The translations under genes were made by a program, and so were the position numbers. From Octopus vulgaris (lineage: Eukaryota), in contig OX597829.1 of assembly GCA_951406725.2 (NCBI GenBank), positions 11,904,001 to 11,968,000 on the forward strand: 64,000 nucleotides of DNA, given 5' to 3'. How positions within the stretch are numbered: position 1 is the first letter of the stretch; every line of letters begins with the position of its first letter. Shown in pieces: positions 24,640-37,971 of the stretch. The notes below the pieces were generated by a model. That model was not told where the DNA came from. It made no database searches and saw only the letters and a list, made by a program, of their open reading frames with translations.

Positions 24640-25486
24640 TTTGGCTTTGCTGGGTGGAGGTGCTTGTCTCCCCTGTTTGAAAACATAAGGACACAAAACG
24701 CTTGTGTCACATAGCCAACCTGAAACGGTGTTTATTGGGGCTAAATATCAGTAGCATTCTCCCCTTTCCTGGGACTGTCACATTAAGTTGACAACAAACC
24801 ATCATTTTATCGTGCTACTACAGTATAAGTTTCTCTGAGGGATTTAGAAATGCAATATTTCTAATTTTATACACACACGCACACACACACATATAAGCAA
24901 CAGCTTCTGCGTATGTAGATACTTCCCTCTCTTTTTATGATTATTCATATCACTAGCGAACTATAATGCTTAGATATATGCAAATGTAGCCTATTTAAGA
25001 CTTCATTGATAATGGCATATAACCATGAAAAACATCAGTACATGTCAAAGTGACAAAGAAATGAGAAAGGAGGTCGTGAAATGAGTTAAAAACAACAGCT
25101 TAATCGCCCTTAAGTCACACACACAAAAGATTTTGTTTCTGCTTTTCATTATCATATAAATTCCTGTGTCCCCAAAGTAAAGAAAAGTTATGAGGGGGTT
25201 ATATGGGGTGTTTAAACTAGAATTTCGCCCAACTATTTAATTATTTATAACATACTGATGAAATCAACATTTTCCAAGATCTGTCTTTCAAAGGCGAACG
25301 CTCGAACGTGCATGCACCCAAGTAAAAGCTCATCCCAGCGCTTAATGATACGGTTAACTGCCGCGTAAAACCTACCAATTTGAAACTAAAAAAGGCAAGT
25401 ATTCCCTGATTGCAAATTAAAAGCAAAATACAAAAAAATATATGTATAATAACAAAAATAAAACGTCCACGTTTTATAACAATTGG

Positions 25487-25806
25487 TTATCTATCTATCT
25501 ATCCGCTCAGTCGAAGTCGACTCTCGGTTACTCGTTGGATCAGTGTCCTCCAGTCAGTTCTATCCTGGGCCGCTTCTTTCAGATTGACTATGTCCATTCC
25601 AGTATCACTCATGATGGTGTCAAGCCAGCGGGTTCTTGGTCGGCCTCTTCCTCTCTTGCCACTGACCTTTCCGAGCATGATGTCCTTCTCCAGGGATTTT
25701 CTCTGCATAATATAACCGAAATATGCCAATCTATGCTTGGTGATCCTAGCTTCTAGCGACATTTTCGGCCCGATCTGCTTGGTGAGCCTCGCTGTCCATG
25801 GAATCC
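25487..25806 (-). mobile_element. RTE-clade LINE 3' fragment with (GATA)n tail
   Basis: RLAYFGYIMQRKSLEKDIMLGKVSGKRGRGRPRTRWLD...AAQDRTDWR, typical of the RTE/BovB C-terminus. Confidence 0.88.
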
Positions 25807-26033
25807 AATTGGTTATACGTAATTTATCAGTTAAATTTTAACAACGTCAACAACTTTGGTTAAATTGACATATACTGAAGCATAACTTATGTGAATAATC
25901 ATAAAAAGTGGGGGGACTAAGTATCTACATATGCAGGCTGGCGCAGAAACCTATTGTTTGTTTGTGTGTGTGTGTGTGTGTATGTGTGTGTGTGTGTGTG
26001 TATACATACGTACATATGTGTGTGTATTTATTA

Positions 26034-26067
26034 TATAATAATAATGATGATAATAATAATGATGATG

Positions 26068-26150
<83 letters not shown>
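26034..26150. repeat. (TAA)n microsatellite
   Basis: Seen directly in the sequence. Confidence 0.95.
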
Positions 26151-26151
<1 letters not shown>

Positions 26152-27803
26152 TATGGATGACCTAAAACTATACGCTGCAAATGACAAACAGCTGGAAACA
26201 CTATTAAAGACAGTTCATGGATTTACCAAAGAAATAGACATGAAATTTGGATTAGAAAAATGCGCCAAAGTAACCATGAAAAGAGGAAAACTAGTTAAGA
26301 GTAACAACATCACACTAGATAAAACCAATGAAATAAAAGAATTAGACCAAAGCCAAACTTACAAATACTTAGGAATCCATGAACTAGATAAGACACAACA
26401 CACACAAATGAAAGAGAAAATAAAAAAAGAATATTATAGACGAGTTAGATCAATACTAAAAACAGAGCTCAATGCTAAAAACAAGATAATAGGTATCAAC
26501 ACTTTAGCTGTCCCAGTTATAAGTTACAGCTACAATATCCTTAACTGGACACGAAATGAACTGACCAAAATAGATAGGAAAACAAGAAAAATAATGACAG
26601 GATCTAGGATGCATCACCCAAAATCTGACATAGAAAGACTATATATACAACGTATAGAAGGTGGTAGAGGCCTTATACAGCTGGAAAACTACTATAAAAT
26701 AACCACCATAGGACTGCAAAAATATCTACTTCAGAAGGAAGGAAAACTGATCCAGAGAGCGGCAAAACACGAGCAAAACAAAAAACTGTTCTCAGTATTT
26801 AAGGAAGCTGACAAATACAAACAAGAAATCATACCACCTAATAAACATGAAGAAGAAGAAGAAGAAGATGAAGAAACAACAAAAGCTATAAAACAAATGA
26901 AATCCAAACTAAAAATAGAACAGCAACGAACCATGATAAAACGATGGCAAGAAAAGCCATGGTAAATACTGGACTAAACTAAACGCAAAAGAAATAGACA
27001 AAGAAAAATCCCAGCAATTGTTGAGAAGCTCAGGACTCAAAGCAGAAACAGAGGGATTTTTAATTGCAGCACAAGACCAAAGCCTCCCTACCAGAAATTA
27101 CCAAAAACATGTAATGAAAAGAAATATTACAAGTAACTGCAGAATATGTGGAGATGGACAAGAAACAATAAATCATATTATCTCTAGCTGCCCAGTCCTG
27201 GCTAAGAAGGAATATATTCACAGACATGACAGAGTTGGAACCTACATACATTGGAAGATATGCCAACATTATGGAATAACAACAGAAAAAAGATGGTATA
27301 GGCACACACCAGAAAAGGTCACAGAAAACGAGAAAGCAACCATACTCTGGGATATGCCGATACACACAGATAGAGAAATTAAGGCCAGCAGACCAGATAT
27401 AGTTGTCAGAGATCATGAAGAAAAAAATGCTTTCTAATTGATGTATCAATACCGGCTGATGACAACGTGTCTCTAAAAGAAATGGAGAAACTCTCAAAAT
27501 ACAAAGACCTGGAAATAGAGGTAACTAGAATGTGGAATCTGAAAACAGAAACAATTCCTATCATAGTAGGTGCATTAGGCATGATAAAAAAATATTCAGA
27601 CAAATACATAACAAAAACACCAGGACTTACAAACACATATAACATACAGAAAATTGCACTACTAGGCACTGCACACATCCTACGCAGAACACTTTCCATA
27701 CAATAACCATCAGAGCATCACAACAAATCACAGCACATACCCAAGGCACACAGAGCTGCGCTCGGTAGTGAAGTGAAAGCACGCTATAAAAATAAAACTA
27801 CTG
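26150..27803 (+). mobile_element. R4/Dong-type RLE retrotransposon family A, 5'-truncated at the YMDD motif, within (TAA)n
   Basis: YMDDLKLY, RLY..R..GGRGL, ETEGFLIAAQDQ, CRIC..ETINHIISSC, RHD, RPDIVV, K.SKYKDL; small frameshifts near 26960 and 27425. Confidence 0.93.
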
Positions 27804-27899
27804 AATAATAATAATAATAATAATGGTGATGATGATTATAATGATGATAATAATGGTGATGATGATAATAATGATAGTAATAGTGCTGATAATCTATCT

Positions 27900-27980
27900 A
27901 GTGCTATTAACTCAGGTGGTGCTATTAAGTTAGACATGGCCTGGACCAATCTTTGGTCGAAACATATCTAAGTTTTATCT
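27900..27980 (+). mobile_element. Isolated 3' end of a CR1-like LINE
   Basis: GGTGGTGCTATTAAGTTAGACATGGCCTGGACC..GGTCGAAAC is similar to 21143-21195. Confidence 0.6.
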
Positions 27981-28379
27981 ATCTACACACACACACACAC
28001 ACTCAAAGAGTTCAGCCAACACAAACCTCACCTCGGCTCTATTGTTAACCAAATATGAAAGTATTATTTGACAGGCAAGAACTCTGGCGTTGAAGACAGT
28101 CAGCCAGCCAACCACCAATCCAGCCAACGAGACAGACAGACACTACTGTGATGGTGATAATGATAAAAAACAAAAATAACAATAATAAGATACTGCTGTG
28201 ACTACACATAAAACAATATCATTGATGATGATGATGATGATGATGGCGATGGTGATGATGATAATGATGATGGTAATGGTGGTGATAATGATGATAGTGA
28301 TAATAACGGCGATGATAATAACGATAATAAGCCGACTACGGCTGCTATAATGTTACGATTATAATTGTAACGGCAATGA

Positions 28380-31300
28380 TGGCTGTCTCCCCACGAGCCA
28401 ATCAAAGCTCAAAAAGGATAACATTATCGTAGCACCAAAATGTTTTTGGAAACTAAAAGGAAAACTAAATCAGTATACCAAATTGCTTGTCCTATGGTTA
28501 ATCTGGAAGCGCGTCCCCCAGAGAAGAGCCAGCCTGGGGTCGAAAAGTCATCAACTGGCACAAACTCTTCTCCGAATACGGACATGGATGGTCACTTGAA
28601 CGGGAAATCCCCCAACTCGAGGGCTCCAAGTTCACCACCAGAACCACCACAGAAAGAAAATGTAAGCGGAACAAATGGACCCGAGAAGAGTATAAAGAAG
28701 TAATACACGCTTATTACTATGCATTAGGTAGGCCATCTCAAGAGAGACACACCGCAAACTCTTACAGTAACACGGAATCAAGACAGTAGGCCCTATTTGG
28801 ACGAGAACAACTTAGCAAATGTGAGGAGGGATATCCTTAGAAATAACAGACTCACAGACAGTGAAATAAGCGCGATCAAGCACGCAACGGAAAATGACAT
28901 AAATATAAGACACAAAGGAAATGAAGAATCAGATGAACAGTATAGCCCGCCACGAGGCTTAATTGAAAGACTGTCATCTGACCAAAGTACGCAAAGGCCT
29001 GAAGATACAAGAAATTCTATTGTACCTGTTAAAGATAGCCAGGAAAACGAAAAAACAACAGTAACTGAAGATCTCGCATTTGCTGAAGAACACAGAGAGT
29101 CTATGGCAGAAATGAGGCAGAAAATCCTGAATACGCTTGAAGTTGTAAGACATACAAGTATGAATGATAGAGAACCACTTCATAAACTCTCAAATACAAA
29201 CCAAAATAAAAAACAAATCCAAATTGGCAACTATGTAACAAATGAAATAATACGAGAATTAAAACCTGATTTTACTGAGTTAAATGAAATTATATACGCT
29301 TCTGCTAGGGCAATTGAAACCAGCTGTATGCCCCCGAAAAAACAAAGAAAACCAAACCTGGGAAGAAATCAAACCTGGAGAAGTAAAATTGAAAAAGAGA
29401 TTGAATTTATGAGAGGGGAAATATCAATATTAAATGAACTAATATGTGGAAATGATGTAAGATCCAGAACAGGAAGAAAGATGAAGAGAAAATTTGGATC
29501 CTCACCAAGAGAAGAACTGATATCAATAAAAGAAACGCTGAAACAAAAAGTCCAAGCAAAAGCCCAAAGAATACGAAGATTTGAGAAGAGAAACAAGTTT
29601 TACAAGCAAAATAAGCTGTTCACATCCAATGCCAAAAAATTCTACAGAGAAATAGGGAAGGAGAAAGTAACCGCTAAAGACCCCCTCCCATGGAAGAAGT
29701 TCAAAACTTTTGGAAAAGGATTTGGAGTGACAAGAAGACGTACAACATAAATGCAGACTGGATTATACAAACTGAAGGATCCTACCAAAATTTACAACAA
29801 GCATGGGAAGACATCACAATAGCAGACCTAAGAAAGGCACTCACGAAGGACCATAATTGGAAATCCCCCGGTAAAGATAGGGTGCCGAATTTCTGGCTCG
29901 CATCGCTCCCATGCGCACACGGTAAGCTAGTTCAGCTGCTCAATGGAATTATGAGAGACCCAAAGAAAACACCTGAATGGTTAGCAAGTGGTATTACTTA
30001 CCTACTCCCAAAGAACAACGAAACCAACCTTCCAAAAAACTATCGGCCTATCCACCACCACGTATAAAATCCTAACATCTATCCTGGCGGAGAAAACATA
30101 TGCATTCATGGAGAAGGACGATATTTTCCCCATTGAACAAAAAGGGTGTCGCCGAGGCTCTTACGGATGCAAAGATCAACTGCTAATTAATCGTATGATC
30201 CTTGAGAACTGTCACAACAAGCGCAGAAATCTCAGCTCCGCATGGATTGACTATAAAAAGGCCTTCGACAGTATACCGCATCCATGGATCTTGAGATCGC
30301 TGGACATCTTCAAAATTTCCCCTGTGATTTCAAGCTTCCTGAAGCACAATATGTCGTTGTGGAATACGAATCTCCAATTATACCACTCTAATGGAGTACT
30401 TGCCTCAGAAAATATAAACATCAACTGTGGAATTTTTCAAGGTGACTCACTTTCACCTTTAATATTCTGCATAGCCCTAATACCCCTTACAAGTGAATTA
30501 AACAGAACAGGGTATGGGTATAAAATTGCCAATAAAAAAATAAGCCATCTATTTTATAAGGATGACTTAAAACTCTATGGTAAAGACAATAATGAACTTG
30601 AAGGCCTATTGCGCACTGTGAAAGCATTCAGCGATGACATCGGGATGGAGTTTGGACTTGAGAAGTGTGCCAAGGCCACTTTCCAGAAAGGGAAAGTGAA
30701 GACCACAAATTCAGTCGTGTTAGATGTTGACACAGTCATAAGAGAGCTTGAGCAAGAACAAACATACAAATATTTAGGGATAAATGAAGGCTCTGGTATT
30801 CAGCATGCAAGCATGAAAGAGAAGATCAAGAAGGAATGTTATAGGAGAGTTCGTGCAGTCCTGAAATCTGAACTAAATGCACGTAACAAGGTGTTAGCTA
30901 TAAATTCCTTAGCAGTTCCAGTTGTTACTTATAGCTACAATGTGTTGAACTGGAATATGAGTGAAGTAAAGAATATAGATAGGAAAATACGCAAGCTGCT
31001 GAGTTGTAATAGGATGCACCACCCAAAGGCAGACGTAGATCGCCTTTACCTTCCCAGAGCCCAAGGAGGTCGAGGCCTGATCCAATTTGAATTAGCTTAC
31101 AAAACAACCACAATTGGACTGGCCAAATATCTCGAAATAACGAATGACTGGATGCTGAAGCTCGTGGAAAATCACGAGAGACGAAAGAAGCTTCATTCTA
31201 TCATAAAGGAAAGCAAAAAATTTGCTATTGATCTCGTGCAGGATACCCAAACTGAACAACCCGAGGGAAGTACGGCAACTATTATTGCAAAGAAGGTGAA

Positions 31301-32277
31301 AATAATGGCAACGAAAAAAGCGCACGAGCAATTGGCTGATAGGTGGGAGGAGAAACCTCTGCACGGCAAATATATGGCCCGCAGCAAACAAGCTGATGTT
31401 GACCAGAAGCAAACCCATCAGTGGCTACGGAGCTCAGGGCCAAAAGCAGAGAGCGAAGGTTTCATCCTGGCTGCTCAAGATCAAAGCCTATTAACCCGGA
31501 ACTACCAGGCCAATGTGATGAAAAATGGAGCAGACCCAAAATGCCGATTCTGCAACGACATGATTGAAACTGTGGACCACCTAATCTCTGGATGTAAAGT
31601 CTTAGCACCAGTGGAGTATAAATTAAGACATGACAGAGTTGACCAATATCTACACTGGCTAATAAGTCGGCATTACAATATCAAAGCTGCCGACAAGTGG
31701 TATAATCACCACCCTGAGGCTGTAACTGAAGGAGAAAATGTAACCATTCTGTGGGACTTTCCAGTACATACAGACCGAACCATCAAAGCCAATAAACCAG
31801 ATAGTGTTGTGAAAGACCAAAACAATAAAGTTTGCTTATTGATCGACATGAGCATCCCCTGTGATCATAATATCTCAGCGAAAGAATTTGACAAGCTCAG
31901 AAAATATAAAGACCTACTCATTGAAATTGAGAAAATGTGGCATCTCAAGGCGGTTACAATACCAGTGATCGTAGGAGCACTAGGAATGATCAAGAAGGGA
32001 ACCGAAAATTATATGAGAATGATCCCTGGCTTACCATCCCTGCAAGAAGTGCAAAAGATTGTCTTAACTGGTACATCACATGTATTGAGAAGGGCATTGT
32101 CGATGTGAGAACTGTTGCTGCTCATGTATTTTAATTTAATTAAAAAAAAAAAAAAAGAATGAACTATTGATTTTGGATTAATGGCCTACCAATGTATACT
32201 ATGAGTTTCTTTGCCCTAGGAGTCGGGAAGACACTCGGCAAGAAATGGAAGCAAATTTGAAAGAAGAAAAAAAAAGT
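28380..32277 (+). mobile_element. R4/Dong-type family B, near full-length single ORF with a few lesions
   Basis: N-terminal [55 protein letters not shown] (mutated YMDD), CRFC..H..SGC, RHD, KPD; stop at 32108; 3' UTR runs into (TAA)n. Confidence 0.95.
29988..32108 (+). pseudogene. RT + CCHC + restriction-like endonuclease reading frame of family B (706 aa open)
   Basis: ORF track; separated from upstream pieces 28797-29750 and 29690-30067 by frameshifts. Confidence 0.9.
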
Positions 32278-32298
32278 AATAATAATAATAATAATAAT

Positions 32299-32633
32299 AG
32301 ACTAAAACAATACCTATTGTCATAGGTGCCCTGGGAATGATAGCAAAAGGGGCTGATTGCTACCTAACTCAGATACCAGGAAACCCCAAAATGGCAGAAA
32401 TTCAAAAGATAGTGCTCATGGCAACTGCTCATGTCCTACGCAAAATACTTTCTATGTAATCTCAAGGTTTAAAACAAATATTTTTTTTAGACATCCACTA
32501 ATACAACACAAAAAACAACCAAATATATGGCACACTAGGCATAACAACAACGTGAACTTCCAACCTGTTGTCTCTTGAGGTCTCTGGGTGAGACTTGGAG
32601 CCAACTTGTACAGACATAAAGCAAAAGTCAAAC

Positions 32634-32637
<4 letters not shown>
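32299..32637 (+). mobile_element. R4/Dong family C, short 3' fragment between (TAA)n tracts
   Basis: TKTIPIVIGALGMIAKG...ILSM* and a 3' UTR shared with 44391 and 60384. Confidence 0.9.
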
Positions 32638-32683
<46 letters not shown>

Positions 32684-32686
<3 letters not shown>

Positions 32687-35600
32687 TCTTGTTTTATTGG
32701 CCACATGAAATGACAAACAGAGGACGATAAAAACAAATGGTTTTGCAAAAAGAAAAGTCCGTGTAAACATATGGTAACAAGAAAAATTTAACAGGTAAAA
32801 AGAACTCCCAATAGGGGAAGGCACATTGAAAGTTATTTGTGGAAAACCCCATAAAAGCCACAGGTGCCTGATCAACAGGGTGAGAGCCCCTTGTCCATTT
32901 ATATTCCTTTTGTTTTACAGGTGTAATCTCAGAATTGTTTCGTCCATACTGGCCATTCTTCCGACATTCACCCACCTTTTAATAAATTTGCTACAAGATT
33001 ACACTTCCCCCTCTTCTCTCATCTTCCTTTTCAAGTGGAACTTGAAAAAGTTAACGAGGCCTTGGCCAAAGAGGGAAGTGTCTGATTTTGGCCCTTTCAA
33101 ACGGGGCCACCATACCACCTCTTTCGCCACAGCCACTAGACAAATGAAAATTTTCCTTCCCCTCCCAGTTAGAGGAGGTCGGCGGGGCAAGCTTCACTAT
33201 GGATTCAGCTGATAGCCGGATCTGTCCTACACGCGACAGCAGCTGTTCGACATAAACCCTCAGGTCAGCAATGCTCGGGCACTGGACTAGTGTGTGCAGA
33301 ACGATTTCGTAGTTCTGAGCGCACCTCGGGCGGGCCCAGCTGGCGGCACTTCCTGCCGGTAGAGTTTATTCCGAACAGGTAACGCCCCCCGGTAGCACTG
33401 CCAGGCGAGGGACTTTTGGAAGCTATCCATGGGCCTCGGCCTGAAAGTTCTCCCAAACAGACTGCTTAGCTGGTCATCGTCGACGTCTAGAGTTTCCCCG
33501 AGAATGTCGTTGCACTTTTCCTGTACTAACCCTCTATAGAACGCTACTACCGATCGCATTGCCCGCCTGGAGGAAGACTGTGAGAGCTTGACGGCTTGAT
33601 CCAAGATTGCAGCTCGGTCAAAGAGACGAGCTGCGGAAAGGAGAGTCTGACGAACGGCGACCACACCTGCTCACCGTCCAGGAAACGCTTGAGATGCCGT
33701 AGCCTGAGCGCATGTCTACGCATCAGCAATCACGGTATGCCAAGGCCTCCGTTCAGCGGCTGTTGACAGCAGATAGAGCGCCTGACCAGTGGTACCTGAT
33801 CCTTCCACACAAATTGGAAGAGCAAACGCACCAGCTTGGCCAACAAGCGGTCGGGTCAAGGGACGACGGTTAAGTGGTAATAGATGACGGATGCGATGTA
33901 CGCATTCTCCACCCCGGTTCGACCTTTCAGTGACAGCTTCCTCTCGGCCCATTTCTGGGTGATATTGGCTACCATGCTTGTCACCTCGTCCCAGTTTTGC
34001 TCCACTTGGAGGTCCGGACCGAACCAGACCCCGAGCAATTTAACGGGACACTCTGTCCAGCGCCCCACGACGCTGTTGGACGGCATGGACTTGCCTCTCC
34101 AGGTGCCCACCGATTTTCCGCGTTAATTTTCGCATCTGTCACCGCTTCGTACTCGCTTAGCGTCTCGCCAATCAGGTCGATGTGGCTCGACACAATCATG
34201 GTGATGCCGTCGGCATAGGCAGACACGATCTTTCCACATCCCAGATCACGCAGGACACCCCTGAAAGCCTCCAATTTCCGCAGTAATGGTTCGAGAGTCA
34301 ATACGTAAAGGAGGGAGGAGAGAGGACATCCTTAGTTGACCGAAAGCAAGATGTTGAACGGCTCCGACAGGTGACCGTTCACCCGTATGACCGAGCAGAT
34401 GCCACTGTACAAAGCAGCGATCCACCCACGGAAGACCGGACCGAAACCAGCTGCCTTGAGAGCAGCTCTCAAGTATCGATGGTCGACCCTATCGAAAGCT
34501 TTAGACTGATCTAAATTGATCAAAGCCCCACCCTCTCTATGATGTAGCGCATGAAATGTAGGTTGTCGTGGATAGACCTGGTCGGGACGGCGCGGTTTGC
34601 GCCTTGCCAATCAGCTTGTCAACGACAAGCGCTAAGCTTTTGGCTCACACCTTGGCCAAAATCTTCAACTCTGCATTGAGCAGAGTGATGGCCGAAAGTT
34701 CTCTAGTGTTTAGCAGCACTCTGCCTCGTTGGCTGAGAGTCGCGGCAGGCCGACCAGGTACATACCGAAATTTGTCCCGTTGTCCGTCCCACCGCTCGTC
34801 CCCAACAGTCGAGCAGACTACTGCTGAAAGGCCGCACACATCTGTTTCGGTTCAGAAACCTCTCTCCCGTTCTGGTCCACCAAAGACCGAATGGTTGCCC
34901 TGTTGCCACGCTTCGTCTCCGCTACACGGGCCCATAGAGCGGCTTTAGTCCCCTCTTACCGAACGTGTCTTAGCTCTCTCAACGCAGCCTTCGTGTTTGG
35001 CGTCGAAGTGTTGGTCGAGGGCCTACCTGGCCTCCAATACGTCGGTCGCGATGCCTGTCCTAAGAGCCTCGTCTAGTTTTTTTTAACTAAACCTCGCTCT
35101 ATTTTCTTTGTTTCTACATCTAGAGCCCTACTAAACCTAATCGACTCTACTCTAATTGCTCTCTTGAGTGCAAACCACCAGTTGTTGTTGATGATTGCCC
35201 CCGTGAGTGCCCGCTTAACTAATAAGCTAATTCGGTCTCTGTAAGCTCTGCACACCGCTAACGATGCGTTTAGCTCCCAGTAACCGGGACCCTGTCTATG
35301 TAGCCTATCTAAGTCGACCGTACAGATCACGAATTTGTGGTCCGAGTAGCTGACTATGTGGAATTGTGGACACCCTATGCTGTCCTTATCCGCCGGCCTG
35401 CAGAAAACTCTAAGTACGATCTAGACGACCCGATGCGATTAGTCCAAGTCCACATTTGCACATTCGGGTTGTCTAGTCGATACCTGTCAGACAGTTGAAA
35501 GCGTCTGAGCAGGTTGGTGAGGCTTTTGCACCCCACTCTCCTATCAGATGCTCTCACGCCTACCCGATCGAAACGTTCGTCTAAGACAACGTTCCAATCC

Positions 35601-37650
35601 CCAACTAGCACTGAAGTGCGAGATGTACCCAGGAAAACCTTGAAATAATCCGACTGCCCTGATCCTGTCGGAGCATAGGCAGCCATCAGTCTGAAGGCAC
35701 CGCCGTCACTACTGTTCGCATCCAGGACCGCCAACTAACCATCCTGATCCAGGAAGACTGCCTTTATTTTCAAAGTCAGGCCTTTCCAAAATAGCACCGC
35801 AGTAACACCACTGCCCGCTCCAGGCCGACACAGAGGTAGAAAATCTCGTATCCGCCAAAAAGGGCTGCGAATTCCCGTGGGTCGGAGAGCCTGGTTTCGC
35901 TAATGGCTGCTACATCCACATTGTAAGACCTTTAGGGCGTTTAAGAAGTGACCTTGTTTTCAAGGCAACCCGAGGTCCCTCACATTGATGCTACCGATTC
36001 TGAGCATAACCATGTCGAAAAAGAGTTATGCAGGAGAAAATGCTCTACTTACCGCCGTTTTCTGGTGGGGTGACTCTCTTATGCTTTCGCGTGGGTATTT
36101 CCACCAAATTCTGGTATAATTTTTTCGAGAAACTTTTCCCGAGCGACCTAATATCATCTGGATATTTGTTCTTTATTATCTCGTAGTTTTCTTGTGTTAT
36201 TCTGAAACTGAGTATGTGTGCTGGTGGTGTGACGAAATCTGCCATTGTGATGTCTGTGTTTTCTTTTAAGTAGATTACAAGGTTTTCATTATTTATGTTT
36301 ATTGCTATGATGTTTGTATTGGTGGTGGTGGTGGTGGTGGTGATGTTGTCTGTGTGTTGTAATTTGTGTTGATGTTTGCGGTGGTAGTGCTGGAGGTGTT
36401 GTTGTTGTTGAACGTTGTTGAATGCATGTTGCTGTTGTTGTAGGGAAGCTCTGCTTTCTCGCGCCTCCTCACTTCATCGATTCTCTTTAGTTTTTTCTCT
36501 TCTTTTTCGGTGGTACGGTGTGCCACTCCCCCTTCTCGCTATCAGTGCTCGCACTGTCCGAGCTGATTTGGGGTCCGTTTAAACTCTTTCTAGTGTAGCT
36601 TCATTTGTTATTGAATGTGGTGCTGTTGTTGTTGGTGGTATATTTATCCTGGCCAGTGTCATCGACGTCAGTGTTGGACTGGTGATGGTAGGAGGTGGTG
36701 TCGCTTTTGTTGGTGGTGTTGGTGGTGCGGAAGCTTTTGTTCTCTGCCTCCGCTGCGTCTCTAGTTGTTGGTGTTTATTGCTGCTGCTGTTGCACTGAAG
36801 ATGTATCTGATACTGGCGCCTTCTTTCTGCCTCCATTCTCCCCTTGTATATGGGGCAATCCAATTTTAAATGTTTTTCGCTGCTGCAGAGGTAGTACTTT
36901 GGTTGTCGCCCCTTCACAGCAACGTGCAACCTTGTGCTGTCTGGTGTGGAGTAGGGTTTGGCATTTATGCTTTCTTGTTCAATTCGAACGAGAAGCTGCA
37001 TACCCATACCCGACCAGTTTTAACTGCAATTTGTGCACTTTTAAAACTGTGGCAGTGTCCTCTATGTCTAAGAGGACAGCTACCACTAGCCAGCATATAC
37101 TGAGTTCAGGTGGCACTTGCTCTATTTTTATTTTTGTAACGCGCCGACCAAGGTATGTCGGCACGAGCAGCAAATCCTCAGTTTTTAAGGGTACTGTGGA
37201 ATGCTGCTTTGCGTTCTTTTCAGTTGGGAAGCGAACTTCTACAGTTCCAAATCGTTTCCTCGCTTCCCCTTGGTTACATATTATTTCTTTGCCCGTATCG
37301 GCTTTAGCACTATCTCCAACTGCTGTGGCGTTGCCCCTTCTACTTTTTTGTGTTTTATGTTGAAAATTTTGTCGAAAATATGGTCCTTTTGTTTGTTTGA
37401 TATAGCAGTTGTTGTGCAGTGTTAAGGAAGACGTTGTTTCCATCTTTCTTTAACAAATCCTTTGCATTTTTAATATCGTCCATTGTGACATCGATTTCCT
37501 CCGAGCAGTGGCAGATGCCAAAACAAACAAACAACATTTAAAGCTTCAGCTCCAAGAACGCTAGGGCAAGAGTAAAACAACAAACGGAGTGGCAGTGAGT
37601 GACAGTCAGAGGTGGCTAATTGCAGGAAAACTGTTATGAGCTCTGAATTC
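32684..37650 (-). mobile_element. Tx1-clade LINE family 2, full-length but degenerate, 3' end abutting (TTA)n
   Basis: ORF1 pieces RKRFGTVEVRF and YYLCSSEKHLKLDCP; APE pieces (AYAP, LVGDWN, GPGYWELN); RT pieces (LDQSKAFDRVDH, SAYADG, KLSLKGR, AWQCYRGALPV); ends CCAATAAAACAAGAATTT then ATT repeats. Confidence 0.92.
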
Positions 37651-37736
37651 ACTTGTATTTTAATGAAAATAAAATAAAATTTTATCGTAAATTATATTTA
37701 TAAATTTTACACACACCCACCAACCCGCACCCACAC

Positions 37737-37891
37737 AAAATTCAACAAAACTTGTTACTCTGAGTTTCAACGTGAAACTCAGAGTAACAGGTTTTGTTGA
37801 ATTTTCTGCTGCTTTAAATAAAGCATATTACTCTACCACTGATATTTGAGTACTCTTTTTCCACCTTGTTGCCCATTTATGTGTTTACTCC

Positions 37892-37892
<1 letters not shown>
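37737..37892 (+). mobile_element. Fold-back fragment of the 8205/22750 hammerhead family
   Basis: 37737-37768 versus 37774-37805 form an inverted repeat centred on hammerhead stem II; the tail matches 23640-23732; followed by (TA)n. Confidence 0.8.

Positions 37893-37969
<77 letters not shown>

Positions 37970-37971
<2 letters not shown>

Larger units (their letters stand above)
23810..24868. mobile_element. Older tandem plus inverted array (~320-360-bp unit) carrying hammerheads
   Basis: AAGTGATGGTTTGTTGCCAA at 23810 and 24131; its reverse complement at ~24435 and ~24792; (TA)n on the left and (CA)n on the right. Confidence 0.82.

Noticed and set aside
28330-28440. Possible HDV-like ribozyme at the 5' end of Dong family B (several small hairpins)
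   Set aside because: I could not assemble P1/P2/P3/P1.1 by eye; a descriptor search on an intact consensus is needed.
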